DNA of 36,496 nt from Alphaproteobacteria bacterium (GTDB taxonomy: Bacteria; Pseudomonadota; Alphaproteobacteria; RF32; CAG-239), in the NCBI GenBank assembly GCA_017452885.1, contig JAFTLF010000025.1, forward strand, positions 1-36,496, read 5' to 3'. Positions 28,791 through 36,496 of this stretch are shown here, one piece after another. Position 1 is the stretch's first letter. Each line of letters opens with the position of its first letter. The notes beneath the pieces were generated by a model. That model did not search any database. It saw only the letters and a program-made list of their open reading frames with translations, and was not told the origin of the DNA. The position numbers and the translations under genes were made by a program.

Positions 28791-29529
28791 TCGTTTGCAC
28801 AGAACCGAAATGTTGCTTGGTAGTGCCGGAATGCAAAAATTAAAAAATGCTTCGGTCATGATTATTGGCTTAGGTGCGGTTGGAGGCTACGCTTTGGAAG
28901 CTGTTGCCAGAGCGGGAGTCGGACATCTTGTTTTGGTGGATTTTGATGTCTTTGAAGAAAGCAACATAAATCGTCAGATATTAGCGCTCAGTAGCACGCT
29001 TGGGCGTAAAAAAACAGAAGTTGCAGCAGAACGAGTACAACAAATTAATCCGGATTGTAGGGTTGAGATTGTTGATGCTTTTGTTAATTCTGAAACTTTG
29101 CCGGAACTATTACAACGCAAAACAGACTATGTTATTGATGCAATAGATGCGCTTAATCCCAAATGTTGTCTTATGGAAGAGTTGTACAAACGCGGTATTC
29201 CTTTTATTTCCTCCATGGGAGCAGCGCTTAAAAGCGATCCGTCATATATTCGTTGCGCCCCACTTAGTAGTAGCAAAAACTGTGGATTAGCCAAATTTAT
29301 ACGTAAGCGTTTGCGTAAAAGAGGTATAAATATATCTTCCATAATAAGTGTTTTTTCGGATGAACAGATCAATCTTCCTGATACAGCTATTCAAATGCTT
29401 GAAACGGCTGAGCAAGAAGGGCGCGCCCGTAATACCATGGGGTCATTGCCGACAATCACTGCTATTTTTGGTCTGACATTGGCAAACTACGTTATTAAAC
29501 ATCTGTCAGGATATGGTATAAAGGAATAA
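28777..29529 (+). CDS. tcdA: tRNA threonylcarbamoyladenosine dehydratase (ThiF/E1-like)
   Basis: GLGAVG, SNINRQ, DAID, SSMGAA, LAKFIRKRLRK, VFSDE. Confidence 0.88.
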   Translation: MSKNSRLHRTEMLLGSAGMQKLKNASVMIIGLGAVGGYALEAVARAGVGHLVLVDFDVFEESNINRQILALSSTLGRKKTEVAAERVQQINPDCRVEIVDAFVNSETLPELLQRKTDYVIDAIDALNPKCCLMEELYKRGIPFISSMGAALKSDPSYIRCAPLSSSKNCGLAKFIRKRLRKRGINISSIISVFSDEQINLPDTAIQMLETAEQEGRARNTMGSLPTITAIFGLTLANYVIKHLSGYGIKE

Positions 29530-29534
29530 GCAAA

Positions 29535-30764
29535 ATGCAAACAGCTCCCAAATCTATGCGTCTTCATATTGCTCTTATGGGAAGAGTTAACTCCGGCAAA
29601 TCCAGTTTTCTGAATCTTGTCAGCGGACAAGATGTTTCAATAATTTCAGCAGAAGCCGGAACCACTACCGATGTAGTAGAAAAATCTCAAGAATTACCTC
29701 CTATCGGGCCGGTTGTTTGGCTTGATACGGCCGGTTTTGGTGATACAACAGAACTTTCAGGCAAAAGATTGGAAAAGACTCGCACAACTTTTGAACGAGC
29801 AGATATTGTTGTACTTGTTTGCGAAGGAAGTTATATCGGAAAATATGAAGAAGAAATAATTGATGAAGCCGCTAAACGCAAAATTCCTCTAATTAAAATA
29901 TATAACAAAGCAGATATTTGTCCTATAACCGATAATCAGGGAATCGTCGTTAACTCCACAGACAAGTCATCACGCAATGATGTTTTGAATAAATTTAAAG
30001 CTGAGCTAATAAAAATATGTCCTGAGGAATTTATTGATACTCCGACAGTATTCGGTGATCTCATACCAGTCGGCGGTACGGTAATAATGATTGTGCCGAT
30101 AGATTTTGAGGCTCCCAAAGGTCGTCTTATTTTGCCGCAGGTTCAAGCTATACGTGACGGATTGGATAACTCACAAATTGTAACAATTGTCAAAGAGAGT
30201 GAATATATCGCAGCTTTGAATAATATGAAGCAACCGCCGTCATTGGTCATTTGTGACTCCCAAGTAGTAGATTTTATGGTTGCCAACACTCCTGATAATA
30301 TTTCTTGTACCACATTTTCAATCTTATTTGCTCGTCTGAAAGGGGATATTGTCAAGCTTGTTGAAGGAGCTGCCGCCATTTCCGGCTTGGCAGACGGAGA
30401 TAAAGTTTTGATTGCGGAATCTTGTACGCACCATGCCGTGGAAGATGATATTGGTAGGGTTAAAATACCGCGCTTATTGACACAAAAAACCGGTAAAAGT
30501 TTGATAATAGAACATGTGGCGGGTTTTGATTTTCCGGCAGATTTAGCACAATACAAATTGGTTGTTCAATGCGGCGGTTGTATGCACAATCGGCGTGCTA
30601 TGCTTTCTCGCATCAACCGTTGCGAGCAGGCCGGTGTCCCCATAACCAATTATGGCGTATGTATATCTGAACTTAAAGGTGTTCTTGAACGGGTTTTGAT
30701 GCCAATTCCTCAAGCTCAGAAAGCGTATTCGCATATTAAAAATAACTTTGGTAAAATAGCGTAA
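29535..30764 (+). CDS. hydF: [FeFe]-hydrogenase H-cluster maturation GTPase
   Basis: GRVNSGKSS, GTTTD, DTAG, NKAD, APKGRLILPQVQ, TTFSILFAR, ESCTHH...QCGGCM, PITNYG. Confidence 0.95.
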   Translation: MQTAPKSMRLHIALMGRVNSGKSSFLNLVSGQDVSIISAEAGTTTDVVEKSQELPPIGPVVWLDTAGFGDTTELSGKRLEKTRTTFERADIVVLVCEGSYIGKYEEEIIDEAAKRKIPLIKIYNKADICPITDNQGIVVNSTDKSSRNDVLNKFKAELIKICPEEFIDTPTVFGDLIPVGGTVIMIVPIDFEAPKGRLILPQVQAIRDGLDNSQIVTIVKESEYIAALNNMKQPPSLVICDSQVVDFMVANTPDNISCTTFSILFARLKGDIVKLVEGAAAISGLADGDKVLIAESCTHHAVEDDIGRVKIPRLLTQKTGKSLIIEHVAGFDFPADLAQYKLVVQCGGCMHNRRAMLSRINRCEQAGVPITNYGVCISELKGVLERVLMPIPQAQKAYSHIKNNFGKIA

Positions 30765-30846
30765 AAGTCGTTTTATTTCCTTGTCTTTTAAGGAAGATTC
30801 TTTTATTCTGACAAAAAAAGAAAAATTTATTATCGGAAACAAACAG

Positions 30847-31707
30847 ATGAAAATGATTAAACCCATAGTAAATATTGCCAAAATTGCCGACGATTATGAT
30901 ACTTTTATTCTCGGATTTGATGGTGTTTTGTCAGAGGGAAACGGCATTCTTCCCGATGCTGCGACTTGTCTTAATAATCTGTTTGAAAGGCATAAGCAGG
31001 TCATATTGCTGTCCAATACATCACAGCGTGTTATTCAGTTGGCAGAAATATTGCAACAAGGTGGAGTATCTCCTTCACGCTTTGCCTGTGTAATGACATC
31101 AGGAGAAGTCCTCCACTATATGCTGAAAAGCCATTCGGAAGCTTACGCCGCTTTGGGTAATGTTTATTATCATATTGGTGACAATAGTTCCAAGGGCGTT
31201 TTTTATGGTTTGGATTATTCTGTAACCGCGGATATTGAAAAAGCTCACTTCATCTATATGAGCGAAGTATCTGACACCGGAGATACAATTGATACATATC
31301 GTCCGTTGCTTGAGCAGGCGGCCAATCTTGGTATGCCGTTTGTTTGTGCCGGAAATGATACTTCTTGCTTCAAAAATGGCAAGATATGTTTGGCTCCCGG
31401 TGCGTTGGCGGAACAATACGCAATTATGGGAGGTCGTATCATCACCCTTGGTAAACCGGATGTTCGGATGTTTCGTTATTGTACGGATAGTCTGCCGGAT
31501 ATTGGCCGTGTTATAGTCATTGGCGATAATGTTGCCACCGACATAAAAGCAGCAACGGCATTAGAATACGATTCTGTTCTTATCAGTAAGGGGATTCACG
31601 TCAATTATCTCGGCGAGGGTTATATTCCTGATGTTGCCAAAACTCGAGAATTATCCAATAATTATGATTCTTCGCCTAATTTTGTAATTTCTAACCTTAG
31701 GTGGTAA
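30847..31707 (+). CDS. HAD subfamily IIA (TIGR01459-like) homologue lacking the motif I Asp
   Basis: YDTFILGFDGVL, LLSNT, GKP, IGDNVATDI; probable ATG at 30847 or 30853. Confidence 0.82.
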   Translation: MKMIKPIVNIAKIADDYDTFILGFDGVLSEGNGILPDAATCLNNLFERHKQVILLSNTSQRVIQLAEILQQGGVSPSRFACVMTSGEVLHYMLKSHSEAYAALGNVYYHIGDNSSKGVFYGLDYSVTADIEKAHFIYMSEVSDTGDTIDTYRPLLEQAANLGMPFVCAGNDTSCFKNGKICLAPGALAEQYAIMGGRIITLGKPDVRMFRYCTDSLPDIGRVIVIGDNVATDIKAATALEYDSVLISKGIHVNYLGEGYIPDVAKTRELSNNYDSSPNFVISNLRW

Positions 31708-32267
31708 TTGTGTCACGTAGAAGAAAATTTTTGATATTGCTTTTGTCGTTTGTTGGGTTGGCAATGATTATTACCACTCCTTTAACAGATTTAGGGAGTT
31801 TTGGTAATGCTTATGACTATATGCCGGAGCAAGGAGAACTTATTGATATAAAAGAGCTTAATTCTTTTTTAGCGGTATGGGCTGATTTTATCCGTAATGA
31901 TATTGCAAATTATAGATCGCAGCAGCTTTCTTTTAGTAATCGCGATTCAGCAGATGGTTTCCCTCCGCAATTGGTGCGTTGGCTCAAACGTCATGGGTGG
32001 GGAGTTGAGCGTTTCTTTTATAATGAACAAAAGATTCGCGAATTGGTTAATATTGCCACCTTAGAAAAAAGTATTGAAGCTAATCGTAAGTTGCTGAAAA
32101 AAATGGGGCAAGATACCGCTGCCGGAGCTAATCTCAAAAACATTATTGACGGACAAGAAGAGCAACTGAAGCTTGTTCATTTCAATAAGCAAGAAATGGA
32201 ATTAATCAAAGCCAATCTTTATCAAATAAATATGATTATGGATGGCAAAGCGATTCTAAAAAATTAA
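31701..32267 (+). CDS. Hypothetical membrane-anchored/exported protein
   Basis: GTG start overlapping the HAD stop; RRRK followed by a hydrophobic stretch; helical remainder. Confidence 0.65.
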   Translation: MVIVSRRRKFLILLLSFVGLAMIITTPLTDLGSFGNAYDYMPEQGELIDIKELNSFLAVWADFIRNDIANYRSQQLSFSNRDSADGFPPQLVRWLKRHGWGVERFFYNEQKIRELVNIATLEKSIEANRKLLKKMGQDTAAGANLKNIIDGQEEQLKLVHFNKQEMELIKANLYQINMIMDGKAILKN

Positions 32268-34069
32268 GCTTTTATTTCTTCTGCAAGTATTTGTAGTTCC
32301 AACCACTGATTTTCTTTGCCTTCTTTTAACGCAACTTTTTCGGCATGACTTGTTGTCAGCAGATTGAAATGTTCTGCATTGCGAGTATAAAGATCAGGAT
32401 CGGATAATTCTTTTTCAATTTTAGCAATATCCTGCTCAAGTTGTTCAATTTCTTGAGGCAAAACATTTAACAGACGCTGTTGATTATAGCTGAGTTTTTG
32501 AGGCTTATTATTTTTTTGCGGAAAACTTTCTGTTGTTTTGGCGGTTATTTTTTTTATGGCTGTTTTGTTTGGTTGGTTAGAGATTTTGTCAAGCAGTTCG
32601 CTATAACTTCCCGCGTGTTCATAAAGAGAACCGTCACCTTTCATATAAATAATTGACGTAACAATCCGGTCAAGAAAATCGCGATCATGGCTGACAATCA
32701 GCACAGTACCGGCATATTCATCAAGAACTTCTTGCAAAAGATCAAGAGTGTCCATATCCAAATCATTTGTCGGCTCATCAAGCACCAAAAAATTAGAAGG
32801 CTGAGCAAGAGCTACGGCAAGCATTAGTCGATTTTTTTCGCCACCGGATAATGCTGCTACCGGACAATGTGCTTGTGCCGGCTTAAACAAAAAATCCTTA
32901 AGATAAGCGACTACGTGGCGATAGTGTCCGTGTACCATAATATGGTCACCTTTATCACACAAGGTCTGCCATAAAGTTTTTTTAGGATCAAGTGATAAGC
33001 GATTTTGATCAAAATAGGCTTCATCAAGATTTTTACCGATACGTACAAATCCGGAATCGGGTTCCAACCGTTTGGTTAAAAGTTTAATCAGTGTAGTTTT
33101 GCCGGCACCATTGGGTCCGACAATGCCAATTTTATTGCCCTTGATAATACGAGTTGAAAAATCTTTAATGATTTCGCGCTCGCCAAAAGTTTTTGAAATA
33201 TGTTTTGCTTCAATCACCAATTTTGAACGGAAGTCATTTTCTTCCAGGTTAAGGTTTATGTTGCCGATTTGTTTAATTTGTTCTTTTCTTTCTGCACGCA
33301 ACTGTTGTAGACGGCGCAAACGTCCCATATTGCGACGACGTCTTGCTGTAACTCCCTTGTGTAGCCATTCTGTTTCTTCAGCAATTTTCTTATTCAAATT
33401 GGTCTGCTCAATAATTTCTTGATTAATTATTTGTTCTTGCCATTCTTCAAAAAACTTAAAACCTTTGTCATTGCGGTGCATTTTGCCGCGGTCTAGCCAG
33501 AATGTTGTTGTCGAGGTATGTTCAAGAAACATTCTGTCATGCGAAATCAAGATAACCGCACCATTAAACTCGGCAATGATTTTTTCAAGAATTTCAATGG
33601 TGCTTATGTCAAGGTGGTTTGTCGGTTCATCCAATAGCAAAATATCCGGCTCGTCAATCAGCGCTTTGGCAAGGGCAGCTTTGCGCTGCTCTCCGCCTGA
33701 GGCGCTCATGGTTTCTTGCTTATCGAGAATATTCAGTTTTTCAATCCATATATCAGCTTTATACTCATTTTTGGTAATATCGCCTTTCAATCCGGACAAA
33801 ACAACGTCACGCAATGTTTTGTACGAGCTTAAATTCGGTTCTTGAGGCATATAGGCAATTTTGATTCCCGGCTGTATAAACGTTTCGCCGTTGTCAGGCT
33901 CAATGATTCCGGCAATAATTTTAAGTAAAGTCGATTTACCGGAGCCGTTTCGTCCGACTAACGAAATCTTATCGCCACGATTAACATATAGCTCAACATT
34001 TTCAAATAATTGATTGTCGCCAAAGGCCAAAGAAACATCTTTTAAGGCATAAATCGGAGGTTCTTGCAT
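32264..34069 (-). CDS. uup: ABC-F ATPase, Uup family
   Basis: Two NBDs (GRNGSGKS, GPNGAGKT; DEPTNHLD, DEPTNDLD), linker WLHKGVTARRRRNMGR, C-terminal KLSY coiled coil, no TM. Confidence 0.9.
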   Translation of the reverse strand: MQEPPIYALKDVSLAFGDNQLFENVELYVNRGDKISLVGRNGSGKSTLLKIIAGIIEPDNGETFIQPGIKIAYMPQEPNLSSYKTLRDVVLSGLKGDITKNEYKADIWIEKLNILDKQETMSASGGEQRKAALAKALIDEPDILLLDEPTNHLDISTIEILEKIIAEFNGAVILISHDRMFLEHTSTTTFWLDRGKMHRNDKGFKFFEEWQEQIINQEIIEQTNLNKKIAEETEWLHKGVTARRRRNMGRLRRLQQLRAERKEQIKQIGNINLNLEENDFRSKLVIEAKHISKTFGEREIIKDFSTRIIKGNKIGIVGPNGAGKTTLIKLLTKRLEPDSGFVRIGKNLDEAYFDQNRLSLDPKKTLWQTLCDKGDHIMVHGHYRHVVAYLKDFLFKPAQAHCPVAALSGGEKNRLMLAVALAQPSNFLVLDEPTNDLDMDTLDLLQEVLDEYAGTVLIVSHDRDFLDRIVTSIIYMKGDGSLYEHAGSYSELLDKISNQPNKTAIKKITAKTTESFPQKNNKPQKLSYNQQRLLNVLPQEIEQLEQDIAKIEKELSDPDLYTRNAEHFNLLTTSHAEKVALKEGKENQWLELQILAEEIKA

Positions 34070-34071
34070 GG

Positions 34072-34494
34072 TTAGTCGTCTTCTACCATGTGAGAGCCTT
34101 CAATCTGCCATTCGACTCCTTTAGCCGCCCATAAGAAGAAATCATTGATTTTTTCTTGTTTTAAGCCTGCTCCGGTGCCGATTTCATAGATTGCACACAT
34201 TTCTGCATCACTCAGTTCGTGGTCAATAACTGCCATCATAATCATTTCACGGACAATAAAACGTTTGGTTTTTTTGTCTGGTATTTCTTTAAGGTGTTTA
34301 ATCAGGTCGGTTGATTTCTTAAGTTTTTTGACAAGTTTCAGCTCTTTAGGTGATAAGTTGCATTCAAAAGCTTGGCGCAATAAATGTTCTTGTTGCAAGG
34401 GTGATTTGGGATTCTCGATATTCACAACAAAAGTCAATGCTTCCATAAAAGTAATTTTTGCATTATCATCCATATTTTTTTTAAAACTTGTCAT
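34072..34494 (-). CDS. TerB-like (tellurite resistance B fold) protein
   Basis: EMIMMAVIDHELSDAE...IGTGAGL pattern; GAGGA RBS. Confidence 0.6.
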   Translation of the reverse strand: MTSFKKNMDDNAKITFMEALTFVVNIENPKSPLQQEHLLRQAFECNLSPKELKLVKKLKKSTDLIKHLKEIPDKKTKRFIVREMIMMAVIDHELSDAEMCAIYEIGTGAGLKQEKINDFFLWAAKGVEWQIEGSHMVEDD

Positions 34495-34619
34495 TTTTAA
34501 TCCTCATTTTAAATTGGCTGATTTGTTTATACATAAAAAAATAAAGATTTGCAAAAAAAATAAAATTAATTATATAATAGCCGCAGATTTTTTTATTCTG
34601 CTGAAAAAAGGAGATACAA

Positions 34620-35012
34620 ATGCCCTTAAAAATTGAACTCAAACCGCACGAGAGCATCATTATAGGCGAGTCATTGATTACCAATGACGGAGAGCGTACA
34701 CGCTTTTATATTGAGGGTAATGTTCCGATTTTGCGTGAAAAATTTATTTTGCGTGAAAAAGATGCCAACACTCCGAGTCGGAGGGTTTACTTTATTGTTC
34801 AGCAAATGTATCTTTGTAAAGAAAATAAAGAATTGCAAAAACTGTATATTGAATATGTGCGTGATTGGCAAAAGGCAGCTCCCAGCTTGATTCCTTTTAT
34901 TGCTCCGGTTAATGAAAGCATTATCAATCAGGATTACTATGGTGCAATTAAGTCTTGTGCAAAGTTGCTTGAAAAAGAGGATGAATTATTCGGCGATTCG
35001 TTATTGTCATAA
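34620..35012 (+). CDS. flbT: Flagellin translational regulator FlbT
   Basis: MPLKIELKPHESIIIG, PILREK, ANTPSRRVYF..QQMYL; AAGGAG RBS; next to flagellin. Confidence 0.93.
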   Translation: MPLKIELKPHESIIIGESLITNDGERTRFYIEGNVPILREKFILREKDANTPSRRVYFIVQQMYLCKENKELQKLYIEYVRDWQKAAPSLIPFIAPVNESIINQDYYGAIKSCAKLLEKEDELFGDSLLS

Positions 35013-35033
35013 TTTTTTTCTGTTTCCTGCATT

Positions 35034-35116
35034 TTAATTTTTTATTAATGTTCATGTAATATATTGTAAAACAGTGAAAAAAGTTTCTTGAATAAAGGGG
35101 CTTTTTGTGCTATTAT
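35034..35116 (+). promoter_or_regulatory. Candidate flagellin promoter: CtrA-like box plus sigma70-like elements
   Basis: TTAA-N7-TTAA at 35034-35048; TTGAAT-17 nt-TATTAT at 35088-35116 with TGn. The AT-rich background lowers specificity. Confidence 0.45.
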
Positions 35117-35178
35117 AACACTTGTAGCATAGAACATCGCTACAGATGTGTTTAAACCACAGTATATGGAGAAAAACA

Positions 35179-36276
35179 ATGTCAGGAATTACTCTTACCG
35201 CAAGTATGCGTTCCAACCTTTTGTCTTTGCAAAACACTCAAAGCTTGATGGATATGACACAAGAGCGTTTGTCCACAGGTAACAAAGTAAACTCAGCAAT
35301 TGACAATCCGTCATCTTACTACACAGCTCAAAGCCTTAACAACCGTGCCGGCGACTTAAGCTCTTTGCTTGATAGCATGGGACAGGCTATTCAGACCATT
35401 AAAGCTGCAGACCAAGCAATCGAATCTATCACATCTTTTGCTGAGCAGGCCAAAGCTGTTGCCAACAGTGCTTTGGATTCTGCAAATATGGAAGAAATTG
35501 AAGCATATCAAAAACAGTTTAATGATATTCGTACCCAGATTACCCAATTGGCAGGCGATTCTAGCTACAAAGGTGTAAACCTTTTGGCAGGTGATGATTT
35601 GACCGTTACTTTTAATGAAGGTCGTACATCTTCAATCACTGTTAAAGGTGAAAAGGCTAGTGCTGACGAGCTTGATATTGCTGTGGCAGGTACTTGGGAT
35701 GCCAAAGGAACATCTGCAGCAGCTGAAACAACTTTGAAAGCCAAACAAGATTTAACTAAAGCTGCTAACGATGCTGTAACAGCAGCTTTGGAAGATGTTG
35801 AAGAGGCAAAAGCCGGAACAGTCGGTAGTGGTGATGACGATATGTTTGCAACTGAAGATGCAAAGAAAGAAGCAATTACTAATGCCGAAGGAGTTTATGC
35901 AAATGCTGTAAAAGCAGCTGAAACCGCTAAAGCAAATGAAGCAGCAGCACAGGCAGAGTATGAAGCAGCAGTCAAAGTTGATATTAAAGCCAATAAAGAG
36001 GCTATCAGCACCTCAATTGAAGAAGTAGAGAAAGCAATTAACACATTGCGTTCAATGGCTTCTACTTTTGGTAACAACTACTCTATCGTTCAAAATCGTC
36101 AGGAATTCACAGAGAATTTAATTGACGTTTTGACCGAAGGTGCAGATAAATTGACCTTGGCCGATATGAACGAAGAATCAGCTAATATGCTTGCTCTGCA
36201 AACCAGACAGCAATTGGCAATTAACTCTTTGTCTTTGGCTTCACAGGCTTCTCAGTCAGTATTGAAATTGTTCTAA
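35179..36276 (+). CDS. Flagellin (Rhodospirillales/Bradyrhizobium-like)
   Basis: MSGITLTASMRSNLLSLQ, RLSTGNKVNSAIDNP, YKGVNLL, ADMNEESANMLALQTRQQL...VLKLF; probable ATG at 35179 after GGAG. Confidence 0.96.
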   Translation: MSGITLTASMRSNLLSLQNTQSLMDMTQERLSTGNKVNSAIDNPSSYYTAQSLNNRAGDLSSLLDSMGQAIQTIKAADQAIESITSFAEQAKAVANSALDSANMEEIEAYQKQFNDIRTQITQLAGDSSYKGVNLLAGDDLTVTFNEGRTSSITVKGEKASADELDIAVAGTWDAKGTSAAAETTLKAKQDLTKAANDAVTAALEDVEEAKAGTVGSGDDDMFATEDAKKEAITNAEGVYANAVKAAETAKANEAAAQAEYEAAVKVDIKANKEAISTSIEEVEKAINTLRSMASTFGNNYSIVQNRQEFTENLIDVLTEGADKLTLADMNEESANMLALQTRQQLAINSLSLASQASQSVLKLF

Positions 36277-36299
36277 TTTTAATAAGACAAAAAGTCATA

Positions 36300-36334
36300 A
36301 GGCAGTCCCGATTTATTTCGGGACTGCTTTTTTT
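36300..36334 (+). terminator. Flagellin terminator
   Basis: GCAGTCCCGA-TTTATT-TCGGGACTGC plus T run. Confidence 0.9.
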
Positions 36335-36357
36335 GTTTTCCTTTTTTTGTTCTTTTA

Positions 36358-36450
36358 GTTATTCTTGGGCAGCATGTAGTGCTAGACCCGAGAATCCACT
36401 ATAATAAATCTTCATATTTTTTGAACCCTCGTATCAAGTCCGAGTGTAAC
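36358..36450. repeat. Degenerate palindromic element (RPE/REP-like)
   Basis: Left arm GTTATTCTTGGGC...CTAGACCCGAGAATCCA and right arm CCCTCGTATCAAGTCCGAGTGTAAC are imperfect reverse complements. Confidence 0.5.
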
Positions 36451-36496
36451 TCGCCATACGTGTTATCATTATGTTTATAAAAAATGACAGAAAAGC

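Noticed and set aside
34072-34494. TerB-like gene as part of a ter or anti-phage island
   Set aside because: Solitary and coupled to uup, with no other ter or defence genes nearby.
172-36077. Numerous 60-137 aa antisense or nested ORFs in the track
   Set aside because: All are shadows of well-supported genes, without motifs or translation signals.
1-36496. tRNA, rRNA, CRISPR, IS or prophage elements
   Set aside because: None recognised by eye in the short intergenic regions; a tRNAscan/Infernal run would be needed to exclude small RNAs.

Overview
AT-rich bacterial chromosomal window, almost certainly alphaproteobacterial: secB divergent from tim44-mltA-smr, tyrS divergent from anmK, and flbT next to a Rhodospirillales-type flagellin. 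hydF points to an anaerobic or fermentative lineage, possibly a gut RF32-like Rhodospirillales (inference). Content is mostly housekeeping and envelope genes: spmAB fusion, dtd, msbA, smr, mltA, secB, ddpX, peptidase C26, a bat-like VWA operon, tyrS, ileS, alr, tatD, tcdA, hydF, a HAD, uup, flbT and flagellin. No rRNA, tRNA, CRISPR or transposase was seen. The best hidden feature is an unannotated 14-codon Ile-rich leader ORF (MRSFYIHIISRIIP, 20606-20650) whose stop codon forms the loop of a terminator hairpin in front of a type-2 ileS, a candidate minimal ribosome-dependent attenuator with no visible antiterminator. Also notable: an intact AnmK with most ATP-binding motifs replaced, next to an orphan zeta-toxin-like kinase; a HAD lacking its nucleophile Asp; a stand-alone 932-aa protein without signal peptide but with Gly/Ala-rich hydrophobic helices; and a degenerate palindromic repeat after the flagellin. 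Family calls come from motif recognition by eye, not database searches.
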